Source: Felis catus (taxonomy: Eukaryota). From it: a DNA stretch of 64,000 nt. Shown in pieces: positions 12,998-26,405 of this stretch. The notes under the pieces are model-generated. The model had not been told where the DNA came from. It made no database searches and was given only the letters and a program-made list of their open reading frames with translations. The position numbers were made by a program, and so were the translations under genes. Numbering within the stretch: the stretch's first letter is position 1; the number at the start of each line of letters is the position of its first letter. Location: the NCBI RefSeq assembly GCF_018350175.1, contig NC_058368.1, positions 62,436,001 through 62,500,000 on the forward strand, in the 5' to 3' direction.

Positions 12998-13505
12998 CAC
13001 GTCTATGTATACGTATACATGTATGTATTAGTTATCCTTGGACTCTTGTAGATAGGAACATGGCATCAGGTGTACAGACATCCTGTTGTCATTGCAATGT
13101 CACTTAGTCACAGAATTATCTATGGCATCATGGAAAATAATTCATCCTTACTCACGCTATACATTCTTTCATCTTCTATATCTTAGACCATTCCTGTTAA
13201 GCATTTTAAACCCACAGACTCTTAATTTTGTGGCACTCCAGTGGTCTCCTTGGTAGGTGGGTGGAATTTGGCAAATTTCATATTGGCTCTTAACATTTCA
13301 CTTATTAAGTGTTTTGAAGTGTTTGAATTAATTAGATATGTTACATTTGTAATTGTAATCTGAAGTGTAATGAGGAGTTGTTAAATGGTGTTAGATGGTT
13401 AGGAAAATTCAATGTATCAAATTTAAATGTTAATTGAACATAAACCAAAAAAATAAGTAAAGACTTAAGTGTTTTTAATTCTATCAAAAATGTTTTTCTT
13501 TGGGT

Positions 13506-13963
13506 ACCTGTTTGAGGCCCAACCTGGTGATGGGACTCGTAAGCTACTTGCAGAGAGTAGGAGAAGCATCAGCTTGCATCCAGGATGCCCTAAACATGGT
13601 GTTGCAGAATGTACTATCTGGAAAGGTGTCAACCAACAATACTGTGTGCCATTTCTCAATAAGTCTGGTCATCCAAGTAGCAAGATAGTTCCCCATGACT
13701 TTGAGACCATGCTCAAGAGCAACATCAATGACCTGTGATGGTAACCTACCTGGCCAGTCTCACACAGTAACAGATTGACCTCAGTGCGAAACTTGTAACC
13801 CTGTGAATGGGTCCCAAGCAGAACTCCTGCCAGTCTGGGCAACCCCAGAACTCAGAATGGAGTGAACTAGAATGGTTTCCTTGTGATTTGAGCCACACTG
13901 AGTCAGTCAACTGCTTGTGACTCTTAATAAACATAGCCTACCTTTTGTGAATAAATAGGCAAA

Positions 13964-13994
<31 letters not shown>
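13506..13994 (+). pseudogene. EIF3F: Processed pseudogene of eukaryotic translation initiation factor 3 subunit F (C-terminal ~100 codons, 3' UTR and tail)
   Basis: Three frames give [58 protein letters not shown] / [18 protein letters not shown] / MVTYLASLTQ*QIDLSAKLVTL*, matching the recalled EIF3F C-terminus ([103 protein letters not shown]). Stop TGA at 13804-13806, AATAAA at 13926-13931, decayed (AAAT)n tail to 13994. Two frameshifts and a premature TAA at 13768. Confidence 0.96.
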
Positions 13995-13995
<1 letters not shown>

Positions 13996-14939
13996 GAGAT
14001 TTGCAGGTGGAACACAAGGCCTAAGACATACTATCTATTAGTTGTAAGTATGAAAAATTAATTATTAAAATACAACAAGCAGAAATGTTATTTCCCTTAC
14101 ACAATAAGCCTCATAAAATATTTGTTTAAATATCCATTTGTACAAGTATCTTTGAGCTCCAGGAGGGAAAACCTGCAGAAGAACATGAGAGTATCTTAAT
14201 ATCCAAGAAATAATAGTGCAACTAAGCTAGAAATGTATGTAAAACAGCATCTTTCTATTGCTTTGTCCCAACACTGAGGTCATATTCAGCATATGTCATA
14301 TACCTCAAAACAAATATTGAGACATTACTAAAGATCTCATAGGGACATAGAATAGAGCATTCTAATAGTATAAACCAAAGCAGAAATTGAATTTACTACC
14401 CATTATATATTTTTTTAAACTCTCAATGTCTTATTTTTTCCAACCCATAACATTTCTCTTCTCTTTCCAACAGACTATAAATTTTTACTCTTATCAGGAA
14501 AATGTAATGTTCTCCTTTGTTTAAGATAATCCCTCTTTCAAAACTACAGCCAGTGCCTGACAGGACATTGAATAACTATTTTTTATTAAACATGGCCTTA
14601 GGAGAGACTTGTCCCCATGTCATTATGCTGATCAAAGCATTTACTTCACAAAACGACTTTTCCTGTGGGGAGGGAAGATTTGGCAGCTGATAAAAAATGA
14701 CTTTTCTATATCAGGAAAGTTTGAGCACTGACCTCCACAGAGTGATCAGCCTCAATGTCAGGCTTCGATAAGATGTCACATTCTTTGCTGTGAGAAATAT
14801 TTGCTTTCATGCCAAATATAAGTCTAGAATGCTTCGCATTAGTTCTGTGAAATACATGTTAAGTTGATAATAGCTATTGGATATCACATTGCTTGAAATA
14901 GGAGCTGGTTAGGAGTCTAGAGAATACTGATGAAATTCA

Positions 14940-15330
14940 GAATAAATCATGCCATTTGCAACAATGTGGATGGAACTAGAATGTATTATGCTAAGTGAAA
15001 TGTCAGTCCGAGAAAGATAAATATCATATGATTTCATTCATATGTGAAATTTAAGAAACAAAACAGATGAACATAGGGGAAGGGAAGGAAAAATAAGTTA
15101 AAAACTGAAAGAGAGACTCTTAAATACAGAGAACAAACTGAAGGTTGCTGGAGGGGTGTTGGGTGGGGGGATGAGCTAAATGGGTGATGGGCAATAAGGA
15201 GGGCACTTGCTGGGATGATCCCTGGGTGTCATATGTAAGTGGTGAATCACTAAATTTTATTCCTGAAACCATTATTACACTCTATATTAATTAACTTAGA
15301 TTTAAATTTAAGAAAGAAGAAGAGAAGAGA
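14940..15330 (+). mobile_element. 5'-truncated carnivore L1 3' end
   Basis: gccatttgcaacaatgtggatggaactagaatgtattatgctaagtgaaa (ORF2 end) followed by the carnivore L1 3' UTR (gagaacaaactga...gggtgatgggc...gaatcactaaatt) and an A-rich tail. Confidence 0.92.
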
Positions 15331-16419
15331 GGCTACAAACAGTAGCCACCAATAAAAATACATTTTGTTTACCACCTACAGATGGTCTGAAGTACACTTC
15401 TTGGAAAAGCAAATGGTATGAAGTCTAAATGAAGTATCACTGGTCAGAAAAATTACCTGTAGTACAGATTTGGGGTTGTAGGTTTTCAGATAATGAAAGC
15501 TACATATACCCAAATTATATCATATGATAGAAAAGTGCTTATGAAAATAAGACACTAACATATATAGTATGATAACACTAATTTACCTATACACTTCTCC
15601 AAACCCAAAAGTATTTATAAATATATTTACAAATAGTTTATAGTTTATTGGCAGCTTATAAACACATACATATGTGGTTAATGCAACAGATTATATGTAT
15701 AATGTAACAGATTAAAAATAAATGACAAAAACAGGTTGAAGGGAAAATAATACAAGAGAAAGAAAACACAGAAAATGTAAATCCATAAAAGGCATTTAAA
15801 TTCTATCATTCTATCATCATCAAAAAGAAATAAGAATGATTTGAAGAAAGTATTTTCCTTGCCCTTAATTCTTATAGTTCATTCTAGGGCCAATAGGAAC
15901 ATGAAGCACACCTTAATGAGTCATTTGCATAAAAACAATTAGAGTAAGTCATGGGAATAGATTTTATAAAGGGGCAAATAATGTTATACAAATATTTAGC
16001 TCATTGAGGTTACAGCTTGATTCAGGGTTAATATTTAGTATCAGGAGAAAGGAGTAAACTGTGCTTATGATTCTGTTTAGAATTAATACCACAGTATGTC
16101 TCCTAAATAATAAAATGATAATAATTAATTAAAGGCAATAAACCAGACTATAGATGGCAATATGTTTGAGTATTTAGATGGATGCATAAGGAGTGTTCTC
16201 CTCTGAGTTTGTAACCATCTGGTGTAACTTAGATAAAGCAAGTATCTTTATGAAATAATTTGCTATCCATGAGTATACATCATAAAACACCAGATGTATT
16301 GATAATTTATAAAAATGATTTTTTGAATAATTAATGCAGAATTTTATAGCAGTAATTGATAATTTAGCTACTTGTAAATTAGACATCTCAAATCCTATCA
16401 TCTGTATGTAAGCATATTA

Positions 16420-16666
16420 GGTAGCATAGAGGGTACATAAAAACCCAGTTGGGAGGTTATGGTCCCAGTCTCACCACTTACTAACTAGCATAATGACATT
16501 CTAAAACATGAATTGTTCTCATTGTCTTAGTCCCTTTTTCTGTAATATTCTTTTATTTTTAAAATTCTTAAAACAAATCAAAGGTTTACTATAGTGATTA
16601 CACCAGTCAATGTTATAAATCTATTGGAATAGTATATAATTCATAGTAGGCACTATGTTAATGTTA
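16420..16666 (+). mobile_element. MIR relic
   Basis: ggtcccagtctcaccacttactaactag...catagtaggcactatgttaatgttag resembles the MIR core and 3' end. Confidence 0.6.
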
Positions 16667-16670
16667 GTCA

Positions 16671-16890
16671 TTTTTAAATTTTTTTAATGTTTTTTATTTA
16701 TTTTTGAGACAGAGAGAGACAGAGCATGAGCAGGGGAGGGGCAGAGAGGGGGGAGACACAGAATCCGAAGCAGGCTCCAGGCTCTGATCTGTCAGCACAG
16801 AGCCCGATGCGGGGCTCGAACTCACAGAGTGTGAGATCATGACCTGAGCCGAAGTCAGACGCTCAACTGACTGAGCCACCCAGGCGCCCC
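16671..16890 (-). mobile_element. Feline Can-SINE
   Basis: Full reverse SINE; TSD core tgttaatgtta at 16656-16666 and 16891-16901. Confidence 0.96.
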
Positions 16891-17291
16891 TGTTAATGTT
16901 AATTATTATCTAAAGATTATATTAAATTATGAATTAAAAATGAAGAATATGCTTATTGTATCCCCAAAGTATCTTCATTATCTTCATGAAATAAATCTTA
17001 TTGTTTTACTGTTAGTAATAAAGGAACAAATACAAGAATATAAAAAGCAATGCATCTTAAGAACGTTTTAAGGGTACATAAAAATTACTCCTACTTAAAA
17101 AAATATTTTTGAGCAATATCCATTAAAATCTGATTAATGGTTATAACCAGAGACAAGAATTGGAATGGGTTCAGGGATAATAGTTTTTTTTTCACCTTCT
17201 AATATAGACTTCAAAAAAGCAGTTTATTTTTCATTATTTTTAACTATATTTTGTGTGTTTTCCTTCGGCTTTCCTAGTTAAAATTATAATA

Positions 17292-17293
<2 letters not shown>

Positions 17294-17338
<45 letters not shown>

Positions 17339-17352
17339 AGAGAGAGACAGAG
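17294..17352. repeat. Compound (TG)n(AG)n microsatellite
   Basis: About 20 TG units followed directly by AG units. Confidence 0.95.
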
Positions 17353-18027
17353 TATCAAATATTAGGAAAAAGATATTAAGAAAACTATAATTAAAGAGAG
17401 ACAACACCAATCGTCCTGTCTTTAAGTCTTTAAGTCATAAACTCAATTATGTAAAACTAAGATGTTTTGCAGAAATTTTCTTTCTCTTTTTATACACATA
17501 CGCTCACACACACACACATCATAACTCCATTAGTTCTATTTGGGTCTACAGTCAGTGCTTCATTCCATTAACATGTCTATATTTGCTAAACTCAGGAAAT
17601 TTTCCCAGGAGTAAACTCAATTATTTTATAAGTATGGCTCCATAATCTGAACAAGTATCAGAAGAAATGTTTTACTGGCTGATAATGTGTTCAGGTGCCA
17701 CTCTCCCACAAATAGCATTGAATATATAATCTGGCTTTCAATCACTGGGGCAGCATCAGCCGGGAATCATTCCCTGAAGGAAGTTTGCATTTCTTTCTGT
17801 CCCTGAAAGCATATTCCGCAGGTAGGCTGAATAATGTTTATCTCCAAGGAAGCTCACAATTACAATGATCAAGTGACATGCTCAATGTCTTACCAACATT
17901 GGAGTCAGGAAAGGAAGGCAGATATTCTGAAATCTAGTTCAGTATTGAAGGTCACTTTGTCATCATGGCTGCTTTTATGCCAGTGAGAAATAGTTATTTT
18001 CTCATTCATACTTTCAGGGTTTCTGAG

Positions 18028-18429
18028 TGTTAACAAGAAAGCTACAGGCCCAAAATGGAACCACTTATGTCACTTAAGTCCCACATCAGCAAATCAAGAC
18101 TTAATATCTAATCTAACTTCAGGTTCAAACCCCCATCCCCCCACCTACCACCCTCACAAATGTATTATTCTTTAACCAGTCAAAATGGTCAGCACTAGGA
18201 AATTTACTGGTAGGCCCCTTCTGGTCCCCTTAGGAAGGCAATCTTGCCTAAGACAATGCATTCTTTGCTAATAATTTCCTCTTTTCTTCTCTGTCTTTAA
18301 AAACCTTTCTGCAGCTTGATGGAACTCCTTTCTGTATGCAGGATAGGATGCTGCCCAATTCATGAATCATTTAATAAACCCAATTTGGTGTTTTAAATTA
18401 CTGGAATTTAAAATTTGTGTCGTTTCACA
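18028..18429 (+). mobile_element. ERV1-class LTR (5' copy)
   Basis: TG...CA ends (tgttaacaag...tttcaca), aataaa near 18373, homologous to 20292-20675, followed by PBS-like gatttagtggcag. Confidence 0.85.
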
Positions 18430-19295
18430 GATTTAGTGGCAGATTTAATAACTGAAGGAGATCGCTTCAGAGACAGTGAGAAACACAGGCAGGGAACCTG
18501 CAAATTCCTTTTGAGTTCACAGTTTTTCTCACCATTTCCAAAAGCCGTGGGTTAGTTCTCTCCCTGTTTTTTGTTCTGCTTTCTTTGTGGTGAGATAAAG
18601 ATCTCAGATCTAATTGGCTTTCCACTCCAAGTTTAATAGATGAGTCTAGGATGACTCTAATAGAATGCCAGTCAATAGGATGGCTCTAATAGAATGCCAG
18701 TCAGCCTTTGGTTCAGTCTGTAATTCCACATTGGAATCCTTTCCTGAATTCCAGTACATAGTCCCCATTGATCAACATTTACTGGCCTAGTCTTTCCACA
18801 GTTCCTTTCTGCCATCTCCAAAGGAGTCTACTGGTTTGGTCCACACTGGGGAGTGCTGATGGTACATACAGGGCCTTCTGTTGGCCAGTTCATGGTAACT
18901 CTAAATACTAGCCCTTGATTCTGTTCTGACTCTATGTGGGGAACCTCTGGTGGCAATTGTAGTTCTCCATTTATTTTGAATGAGTGCACAGTCGCCATTC
19001 TTTGAGGTCTGCTAGTTTAGTCCTTTCCCCAGTCCCTAGTTCTTTGGATATTGCTGCTTCCTTAGTTACTAATGGTTTCAGTTAATGTGGACATGAGGTA
19101 AAGACAAAATGCTTGCTAAAGGGGATCTCAAAATGGGCGCTTGGATGGCTCAGTCGGTTAAGTGTCCGACTTCAGCTCAGGTCATGATCTCACGATTTGT
19201 GAGTTTGAGCCCCATGTTGGGGTCTGTGCTAACAGCTCAGAACCTGAAGCCTGCTTCAGATTCTGTGTCCCCTCTCTCTGCCCCTCCCCCTTTGC

Positions 19296-19335
<40 letters not shown>

Positions 19336-20190
19336 AATAAAATAAACATTAAAAAAATTAAAACAAACAAACAACAACAACAAACTTGCCAAATTCTAGT
19401 ATATCAGAGCAACACTCTCCATTTTAAACTCCACTCAGAACCTCAGGACAGGATCCTAGAAAAAATTATGTAAGCTGAATAAGTCCTTCTCCTTTAAGCT
19501 ATAGGTAGCCAGAAGGAAAGAAAAACATTCTAACACAGGTGGATGGGTATGTTTGTCCTTCAACAACCAGGCTTTAACCCTATTCTTTGAGGAATTAAAA
19601 GCAACTGTCCTCATCTTACAAATCTTTACAAAGCTAGAAATGCAGCTCTAGAGGCAATTCAAAGTTTACTTATTGCTTTTACCAATCCCAAAACCTACCT
19701 GCCCCCCACCATTTACCTCAAAAGTCTTATAAATTATTGGCCTGAGGCAATCAAAGTCCTTCATGGAGAAACCTACATTCTTTCCCTGTGCCTTTGAGAT
19801 AAAAAGATTTGACATTAAAAGTACAAACCTCAAGGAGTTAATTCTTATCAGAAGTAGAACTAAAAAGGTAAAGGTCATTTGAAACTTAGACAAAAAAAAA
19901 AAAAAAATCATGTGTCTTCTCCACAAATATTAGTAGAAAAAAAATTAGCTATCTGAGCAGGTAACCTTAATATGCCAGGGAAACAGTTTGGGCCCAACTG
20001 TTCTTTTATAAACTAGTGAGTTTTGCATTAGCATGTCTGTCTCATGACTAAAAATTTTAAAACAATAACTACAAGATCTATGTTTATACATATGTGCCTA
20101 TATAGAGGTGTGGCATTTTCTACCTACAAATGGTATTTCAATCAAACAAACAAAAAAAGTAAAGAGCTATATTTAATTGGCTTAAATTCA
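18430..20190 (+). mobile_element. Non-coding ERV1 (MER4-group-like) internal region, 3'-truncated
   Basis: Follows the LTR; motifs cctgtgcctttgagat, taaactagtgagttttgcatta and aagagctatatttaattggcttaaa are typical of MER4-group internal sequences; no gag/pol ORF. Confidence 0.72.
19135..19365 (+). mobile_element. Can-SINE inserted in the ERV internal region
   Basis: gggcgcttggatggctcagtcggttaagtgtccgacttcagctcagg..., (CT)n tract, A tail. Confidence 0.95.
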
Positions 20191-20291
20191 TTTTTTAAAA
20201 ATTAAATTTTTCAATATTGAAGGGCACTTTGTCATGACAGCTGTCTCTGTATGAGGAAGACTATTTTTTCCATATTTTCAGAGTTTCAGAG

Positions 20292-20675
20292 TATTAAAAA
20301 GGGCCAAAATGGAATCACTTATGTCACTTAAGGCTCCACATCAGCAAACTTAAGATTTAAAACCTAACCTAACTACAGTTTCAACTCTCCCCTCCACCCA
20401 GGAATGTATTCTTTAACCAATTAACATGGAATTTTATAGGAACTTTCCTGGTAGACCCTTTGTGGTCCCCTTAGGAAGGTGACCTTGCCTAAGAAAATGC
20501 ATTCTTTGTTAGTAACTTCCTCTTTTCTGCTTCCTATCTTTAAAAACCTTTCCTCTTCTGCAGCTTGATGGAGCTCCTTTCTATTTGCAAGATGGGGTGA
20601 TGCCCAATTCATAACTCATTCATTAAAGCCAATTTGATCTTTCAAATTGCTCAGCTGAATTTTTGTTGTTTAATA
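20292..20675 (+). mobile_element. ERV1-class LTR (second copy)
   Basis: Colinear with 18028-18429 (ccaaaatggaa.cacttatgtcactta, ggtccccttaggaagg, aatgcattctttg, ctgcagcttgatgga, tgcccaattcat). Confidence 0.85.
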
Positions 20676-20887
20676 CAAGTAGAAGTGTTTGAATTAGAAG
20701 AAATACATATAGGTCATACATATGTTTTTGTTTTGGGGGGTTTGGGGGCAAGAATTTTTCTTTATTTAGACCTTTTATAAAGAACAATCTCAGATGTATA
20801 AATCGTTTTCTGTCAAGTTCTTATAGCCAATCTGAGAAACTAGAATAAGAAAAAAAAAACAACTTATTATTTAAATAAAGAAAACTA

Positions 20888-21165
20888 GGCATACCTGGGT
20901 GGCTCAGTTGGTTGAGCCTCTGGTCATGATCTCACGATTTTGGGATTGAGTCCCATATTGGTCTGTACTGGGTGTAGAGCCTGCTTAGGATTTTCTCTCA
21001 TCATCTCCCTATGCCCCTCTCTCCCCTGTTTGTGCTCTCTCTATCTCTCAAAATAAAAAAAAATAAAAAAATAAAAGAGAGAAGAAAAGAGAAGAGAAGA
21101 AAGAAAAGAAAAGAAAAGAAAAGAAAAGAAAAGAAAAGAGAAGAAAAGAAAAGGAGAGAGAGAGA
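20888..21165 (+). mobile_element. Older Can-SINE with tail expanded into (AAAAG)n
   Basis: cctgggtggctcagttggttgagc...ctgcttaggattttctctc; purine pentamer repeat at about 21075-21165. Confidence 0.9.
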
Positions 21166-22624
21166 ACTCATTTGGAGATTTTGTCCTGTTCTGAAATAAA
21201 GTATCATGGTAGAATTCATCACTTACAGATAACAGATTTTACACTTTTAATAAAGTTTTTATTCACAATTAGTTTCTACCCATTTAATGTATTGGGCTGT
21301 ATCATGAAAAGGTAGATGTTTGTTCAGAGATTCATGTATTAATCTTTACAAGAGATGTCAGCCAAACTCAAAATTTTCCAATATTTTGATAGGAAGCAAA
21401 AACTCTGTAAAAGAAATCTAACACAGAAAGAAAACCCACTTCTGGAGAATTCTGTTCCTTGATTTTACTTTGTTGAATGCAGGACAGTAGGAAGGACAAT
21501 ACATCCTAGAATATTTATTTGGAAGTATCAGAAAGTATGTTATCTTTCCACATTTCAGACAGCAATAATACACATTTAATGTTAGATATTACAAAGATGT
21601 ATGAAAAACACCACGGATTCCAGGTTTCTCATTTATTTATAATGTAGTACAATTCTCAATCCCCTCAGTGTATCTCAACATTGTTTTACATTTGTGTATA
21701 GAGAAGGATGATCATTTTCTATACTCCTACTCGAGCTCTTTATTTACAAAGAAAAAAATGCACAGAACTCTATCTAACAGAAAAAAAATTCAATATCTAG
21801 TTGCTATTGCTTCTGGTGATTTTTATTTATTTTCTTTATGCTATAACATTGTTCTTCATGAAATCCCAAAGTCTACAAACCGAACAGGAAATTATTACTT
21901 TAGGATTATTAGTTTTGATATAATATTACATTTCCTGAATAATATTACATTTACTGAATTACCTATATTTCAAAATACTAGCAAATTGAACTTATTATGT
22001 GCTATCATTTGTCCTGTTTTAATTTATTACTTTATTTCCTCCAAGATGCGTGATATGGCCTCTGGTCTTTTACATAATATTTTCTTTTGTAATGAGATAT
22101 TTTGCAATTTTATGCATCTCACATTTGTAATTACTTTTCAAATATGAAACGTCTGTAACAATAACCAGTTCTTAGTTGAATTTTAATTTCTCTGCTCTTT
22201 CAACAATATATTATCATTAACCCCTCCTTTTGTTTTTGTTTTCTGTCATCTCTTACTAAAGTACTAAAATGTTTGGCCTAGTGGCCAATATGCTTTCTTA
22301 AAATGTGGATACAGGCTTAACTCCTGGAGTGATCAATTAAACAGTAAAATAAGGTCACAACAATGCTTTAAAATATTTCAATTATGTTCCATTGTTTCTC
22401 TATAAATTCCAAAATCCCATAAATTATATAAAGTCTCTATCAAACTCTGGCCATATCTCTTCATATACCTGGCTTTACTCCAGAAGTAATTAAATTCTTG
22501 CAACTTCCAACAGATAACCCACTTTTTTGAGAGCTTTCCTCTTCCCCCTGTCCTTAGTATCTTTCCACACCGCCGTGTCACTATAGTGCCAAATTTAGTG
22601 GGCATTACTTCCTCAGAAATCTTC

Positions 22625-23125
22625 TGTGTTAGTTATCTATGGCTGTAAAGCAAATTATCCTCAAACATATTAGGCTAAAACAACCACTAGTTTTAAATGC
22701 TAGCAATATGCAGTGTTGGCAGTTTAAGCTAAAGGCAGTTGGATCCAACTTCCGGTAGCACTGAGTGCACTGAGATTTGGGCTTGATGGTCCCAAATGAT
22801 CTCACTCATGCTGGAAGTGGCACTGGCTGCTGATTTGAACAATTCAGTTCTCCTCCAACAGCCTTATATCTTCTGATGGTCTAGAGTATACTGCTTTAAA
22901 TGGCCACCTCAAAGTTGTGTTCCAAGAGGGCAAAAGTGGAAGACACAAAGCTTCTTGAGGCCTAGGTTTTGGAATCACAAAACTCCACTTCTTCCACACT
23001 CTATTGGTCAAGACAAATCATAAGGCTTGTACAAGAATTAAGAAATAGTCTCCATCATTGACAAGAAGAGCAGCCAAATCACATTACAAAGAAGTATGCC
23101 CAGAATCATTTTTGAAAACAATCCT
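22625..23125 (-). mobile_element. MLT1 (MaLR) LTR, G/H-like
   Basis: tgtgttagttatctatggctgtaaagcaaattatcctcaaac...cacttcttccacactctattggtcaagacaaatca is typical antisense MLT1. Confidence 0.8.
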
Positions 23126-23149
23126 TATTGTTTCAGAGTTACTTATAGA

Positions 23150-23356
23150 TTTTTTAAAATTTATTTATTTATTTTCAGAGAGAGAGAGAGAGAGAGAGAA
23201 AGAGCACACAAGTGGGGGAGGTAGGGAGAATTCCAAGCAAATTCCACACTGTCAGTGCAAAGCCCAAAGTGGGGCTTGAACTCACAAACCATGAGATCAT
23301 GACCTAAGCCAAAATCAAGAGTCGGATACTTAACCAATTGAGCCACCTGGCACCCC
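23150..23356 (-). mobile_element. Can-SINE
   Basis: T tail, (GA)n, ...gagatcatgacctaagccaaaatcaagagtcggatacttaacc...cacccc. Confidence 0.93.
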
Positions 23357-23464
23357 ATCTGTAGTTTTTCTTTAATAACTGGAATTTAATGTTGCTTCAT
23401 AGTAATTATAAGTACATTTTTCTGTATGTATTTGGGGGACTCTGATAACTGGGCTTTATGAAAA

Positions 23465-23695
23465 AATATATTTATACATTATATAGCATATTACATATAT
23501 ATAAACACACATATATAAAATATGTATGTAAAAGCAATATACAAAATATATGTAAATATACATATAAATATGTTAAAATATATAAAAATGTTTTAAAATG
23601 TATGAATATGCATATAAAGTATATTAATGTATGAATGTGTACACAAATATACATGCATATATATATATATAATATATATTTAAAATATATTTTAT
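23465..23695. repeat. TA-rich low-complexity tract
   Basis: Degenerate tatataca/tatatgta repeats. Confidence 0.8.
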
Positions 23696-25071
23696 TTCCA
23701 CTTGATAGTGTCCACAGAGATAAGATTTATTTCAGAATAGATGATATAGAAACGAAAAAAACCAACAGAACAGATCAATGAAAATAGGAGCTATTTTTTT
23801 GAAAAGATCAATAAAATTGATAAGCCTCTAGCATGACTCATAATAATAATAATAATAATAAAACACCAAGAGAGGACTCAAAACACTGAGGGAGGACTCA
23901 AACATAGTCACAAATGAAAGAGGAGAAATACCAACATCACAGAAGTACAAACAATTGTAAAAGAACATTATGACAAATTATATGCCAACATATTAAACAA
24001 CATAGAAAAATGGAAAAATTCCTAGAAATACATAATCTACCAAAACCGAAACAGGAAGAAGTAGAAAATTGAACAGACCAATAACCAGCAAAGAAATTGA
24101 ATTAGTAATCAAAAATACTCCCATCAAACAAAAGTCCAGGACCAGAGGGCTTCACAGGCAAATTCTCCCAAACATTTAAATAAGAGTTAATACCTATTCT
24201 TCTCAAACTATTCCAACAAATAGAAGAGGGAAGAAAATTTCCACATTCATTCTATGAGGCCAGTATTACCAAGATACTAAAGCCAGATAAGGACACCAGA
24301 AAAAAAGAGACCTACAGACCAGTATCTCTGATGAACATAAATGCAGAAATTCTCAAGAAAATGCTAATAAACCAAATCCAACAATACCCTGACAAAATCA
24401 TTCACCAAAATCAAGTGGGATTTATTCCCAGGATGCAAGGATGGTTCAATATTTGCAAGTCAATCAACACAATACTTCTCAGAAAAATAAAAGGCTTTCT
24501 ATGAAAAACCCACAGGGAACATCATCCTCAATGGGGAAAACCTCGGAGCTTTTCCCTGAAGGTCAGGAACAACACAAGGATGTTTACTCTCACCACTTTT
24601 ATTCCACATAGTACTGGAAGTCCTAGTCACAGCAATCAAACAACAAAAAGAAATAAAACGCATCCAAATTGATAAGAAAGAAGTAAAAAATTCACTATTT
24701 GTAGATGACATGGTACTCTATACAGAAAATCCAAAAGACTCCACCAAAAAACTGCCGGAACTAATAAATAAATTCAGTAAAGTCACAGGATATAAAATCA
24801 ATGTAAAGAAATCTGTTGCATTTCTATATACTAATAATGAATCAGCAGAAAGAGACATTTAAAAAATCCCACTAACAATTGCACCAAAAATACTAAACTA
24901 CTTAAAAATAAACTTAGCCAAAGTGGTGAAAGATCTGTACTCCAAAAACTATGAAACATTGATAAAATAAGTTGAAGACAACAGAAAGAAATAGAAAGAC
25001 ATTACATGCTCATGAATTGGAAAAACAAATGTTGTTAAAATCTCTATACTACCCAAGCAATCTACAGATTT

Positions 25072-25279
25072 ATATTTATATTTTTATTTTTTAAAATTTT
25101 ATCTGTTTATTTTGAGAGTGCAAGGGAGGGGCAGAGAGAGAGTGAGAGAGAATCCCAAGCAAGCCCCATGCTGTTAACTCAAAGCCTGATGCAGAGCTCG
25201 AACCTATGAACTGTGAGATCATGTCCTGAGCTGAAATCAAGAGTGGGACACTTAAGCAACTAAATCACCCAAATGCCCC
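25072..25279 (-). mobile_element. Can-SINE nested in L1
   Basis: Reverse SINE; TSD core gcaatctaca at 25057-25066 and 25280-25289. Confidence 0.92.
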
Positions 25280-26405
25280 GCAATCTACAAGCTTAATGTA
25301 ATCCTTATCAAAATACCAATAGCATTTTTCACAGAACTAGAATAAACAATCCTAAAATTTGTGTGGAACCACAAAAGACCCCTAATAGCCAAAGCATTCT
25401 TGAAAAAGAAAAACAAACCTGGAGGTATCATAATTCTACACTTCAAGTTAAATTACAAAGCTGTAATGGTACAAAATGGTACAAACAAAACAAAATGGTA
25501 CTGGCACAATAAGAGACATACATATCAACAGACCAGAATGGGAAAACCCAGAAATAAACCCACAATTATACTGTCAATTAATCTTCGACAAAGGAGGAAA
25601 AAATATCAAATGGGAAAAAGTCTCTTCAACAAATGTTGTTTGGAAAACTGGACAGCTACTTGCAAAAGAATGAACCAGTCCAAAAGAACCGGACCATTCT
25701 CTTTCTCCATACACAAAAATAAAGTCAAAATGGATTAAAGACCTAAGTGTGAGACCTAAAGCCATAAAAATCCTAGAAGAGAGCACAGGCAGTAATGTCT
25801 ATGACATCAGCCATAGCAATATTTTTCTAGATGTAACTCCTGAGGCAAGGGAAATAAAAGCAAAAATAAACTATTGAGACTACATAAAAAAAAAAGCTTC
25901 CATACAGTGAAGGAAACAATCAACAAAAGTAAAAGATAACTTATAAAATGGGAGAGGATATTTGTAAATGACATATCCAATAGAAGGTTAGTATCCAAAA
26001 TGTATAAAAAACTAATACAACTCAATACACAAAAAACAAATAATCCAATTAAAAATGGGCAGAAGACATGAACAGACATCTCTCCAAAGAAGACATACAG
26101 ATGGCCAACAGATATATGAAAAGATGCTCAACATCACTCATCATCAGGGAGATGCAAATAAAAACTACAATGAGATATCACCTCACAACTATCAGAATGA
26201 CTAAAATCAACAACACAGGAAACAACAAGTGTTGGTAAGGATGTAGAGAAAAAGGATATGTACAGTTTTCAAGAATGCAAATTGATGCAGCCACTCTGGA
26301 AACCAGTATGAAGATTCCTCAAAAAGTGAAAAATAGAACTACCTACCCTACCATCCAGTAATTGTACTAGTGGGTATTTATCCAAAATTACACAAAAGCA
26401 CTAAT

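Noticed and set aside
21668..22147. 159-aa plus-strand ORF
   Set aside because: F/I/L/N/Y-rich composition expected from AT-rich non-coding DNA; no recognisable domain
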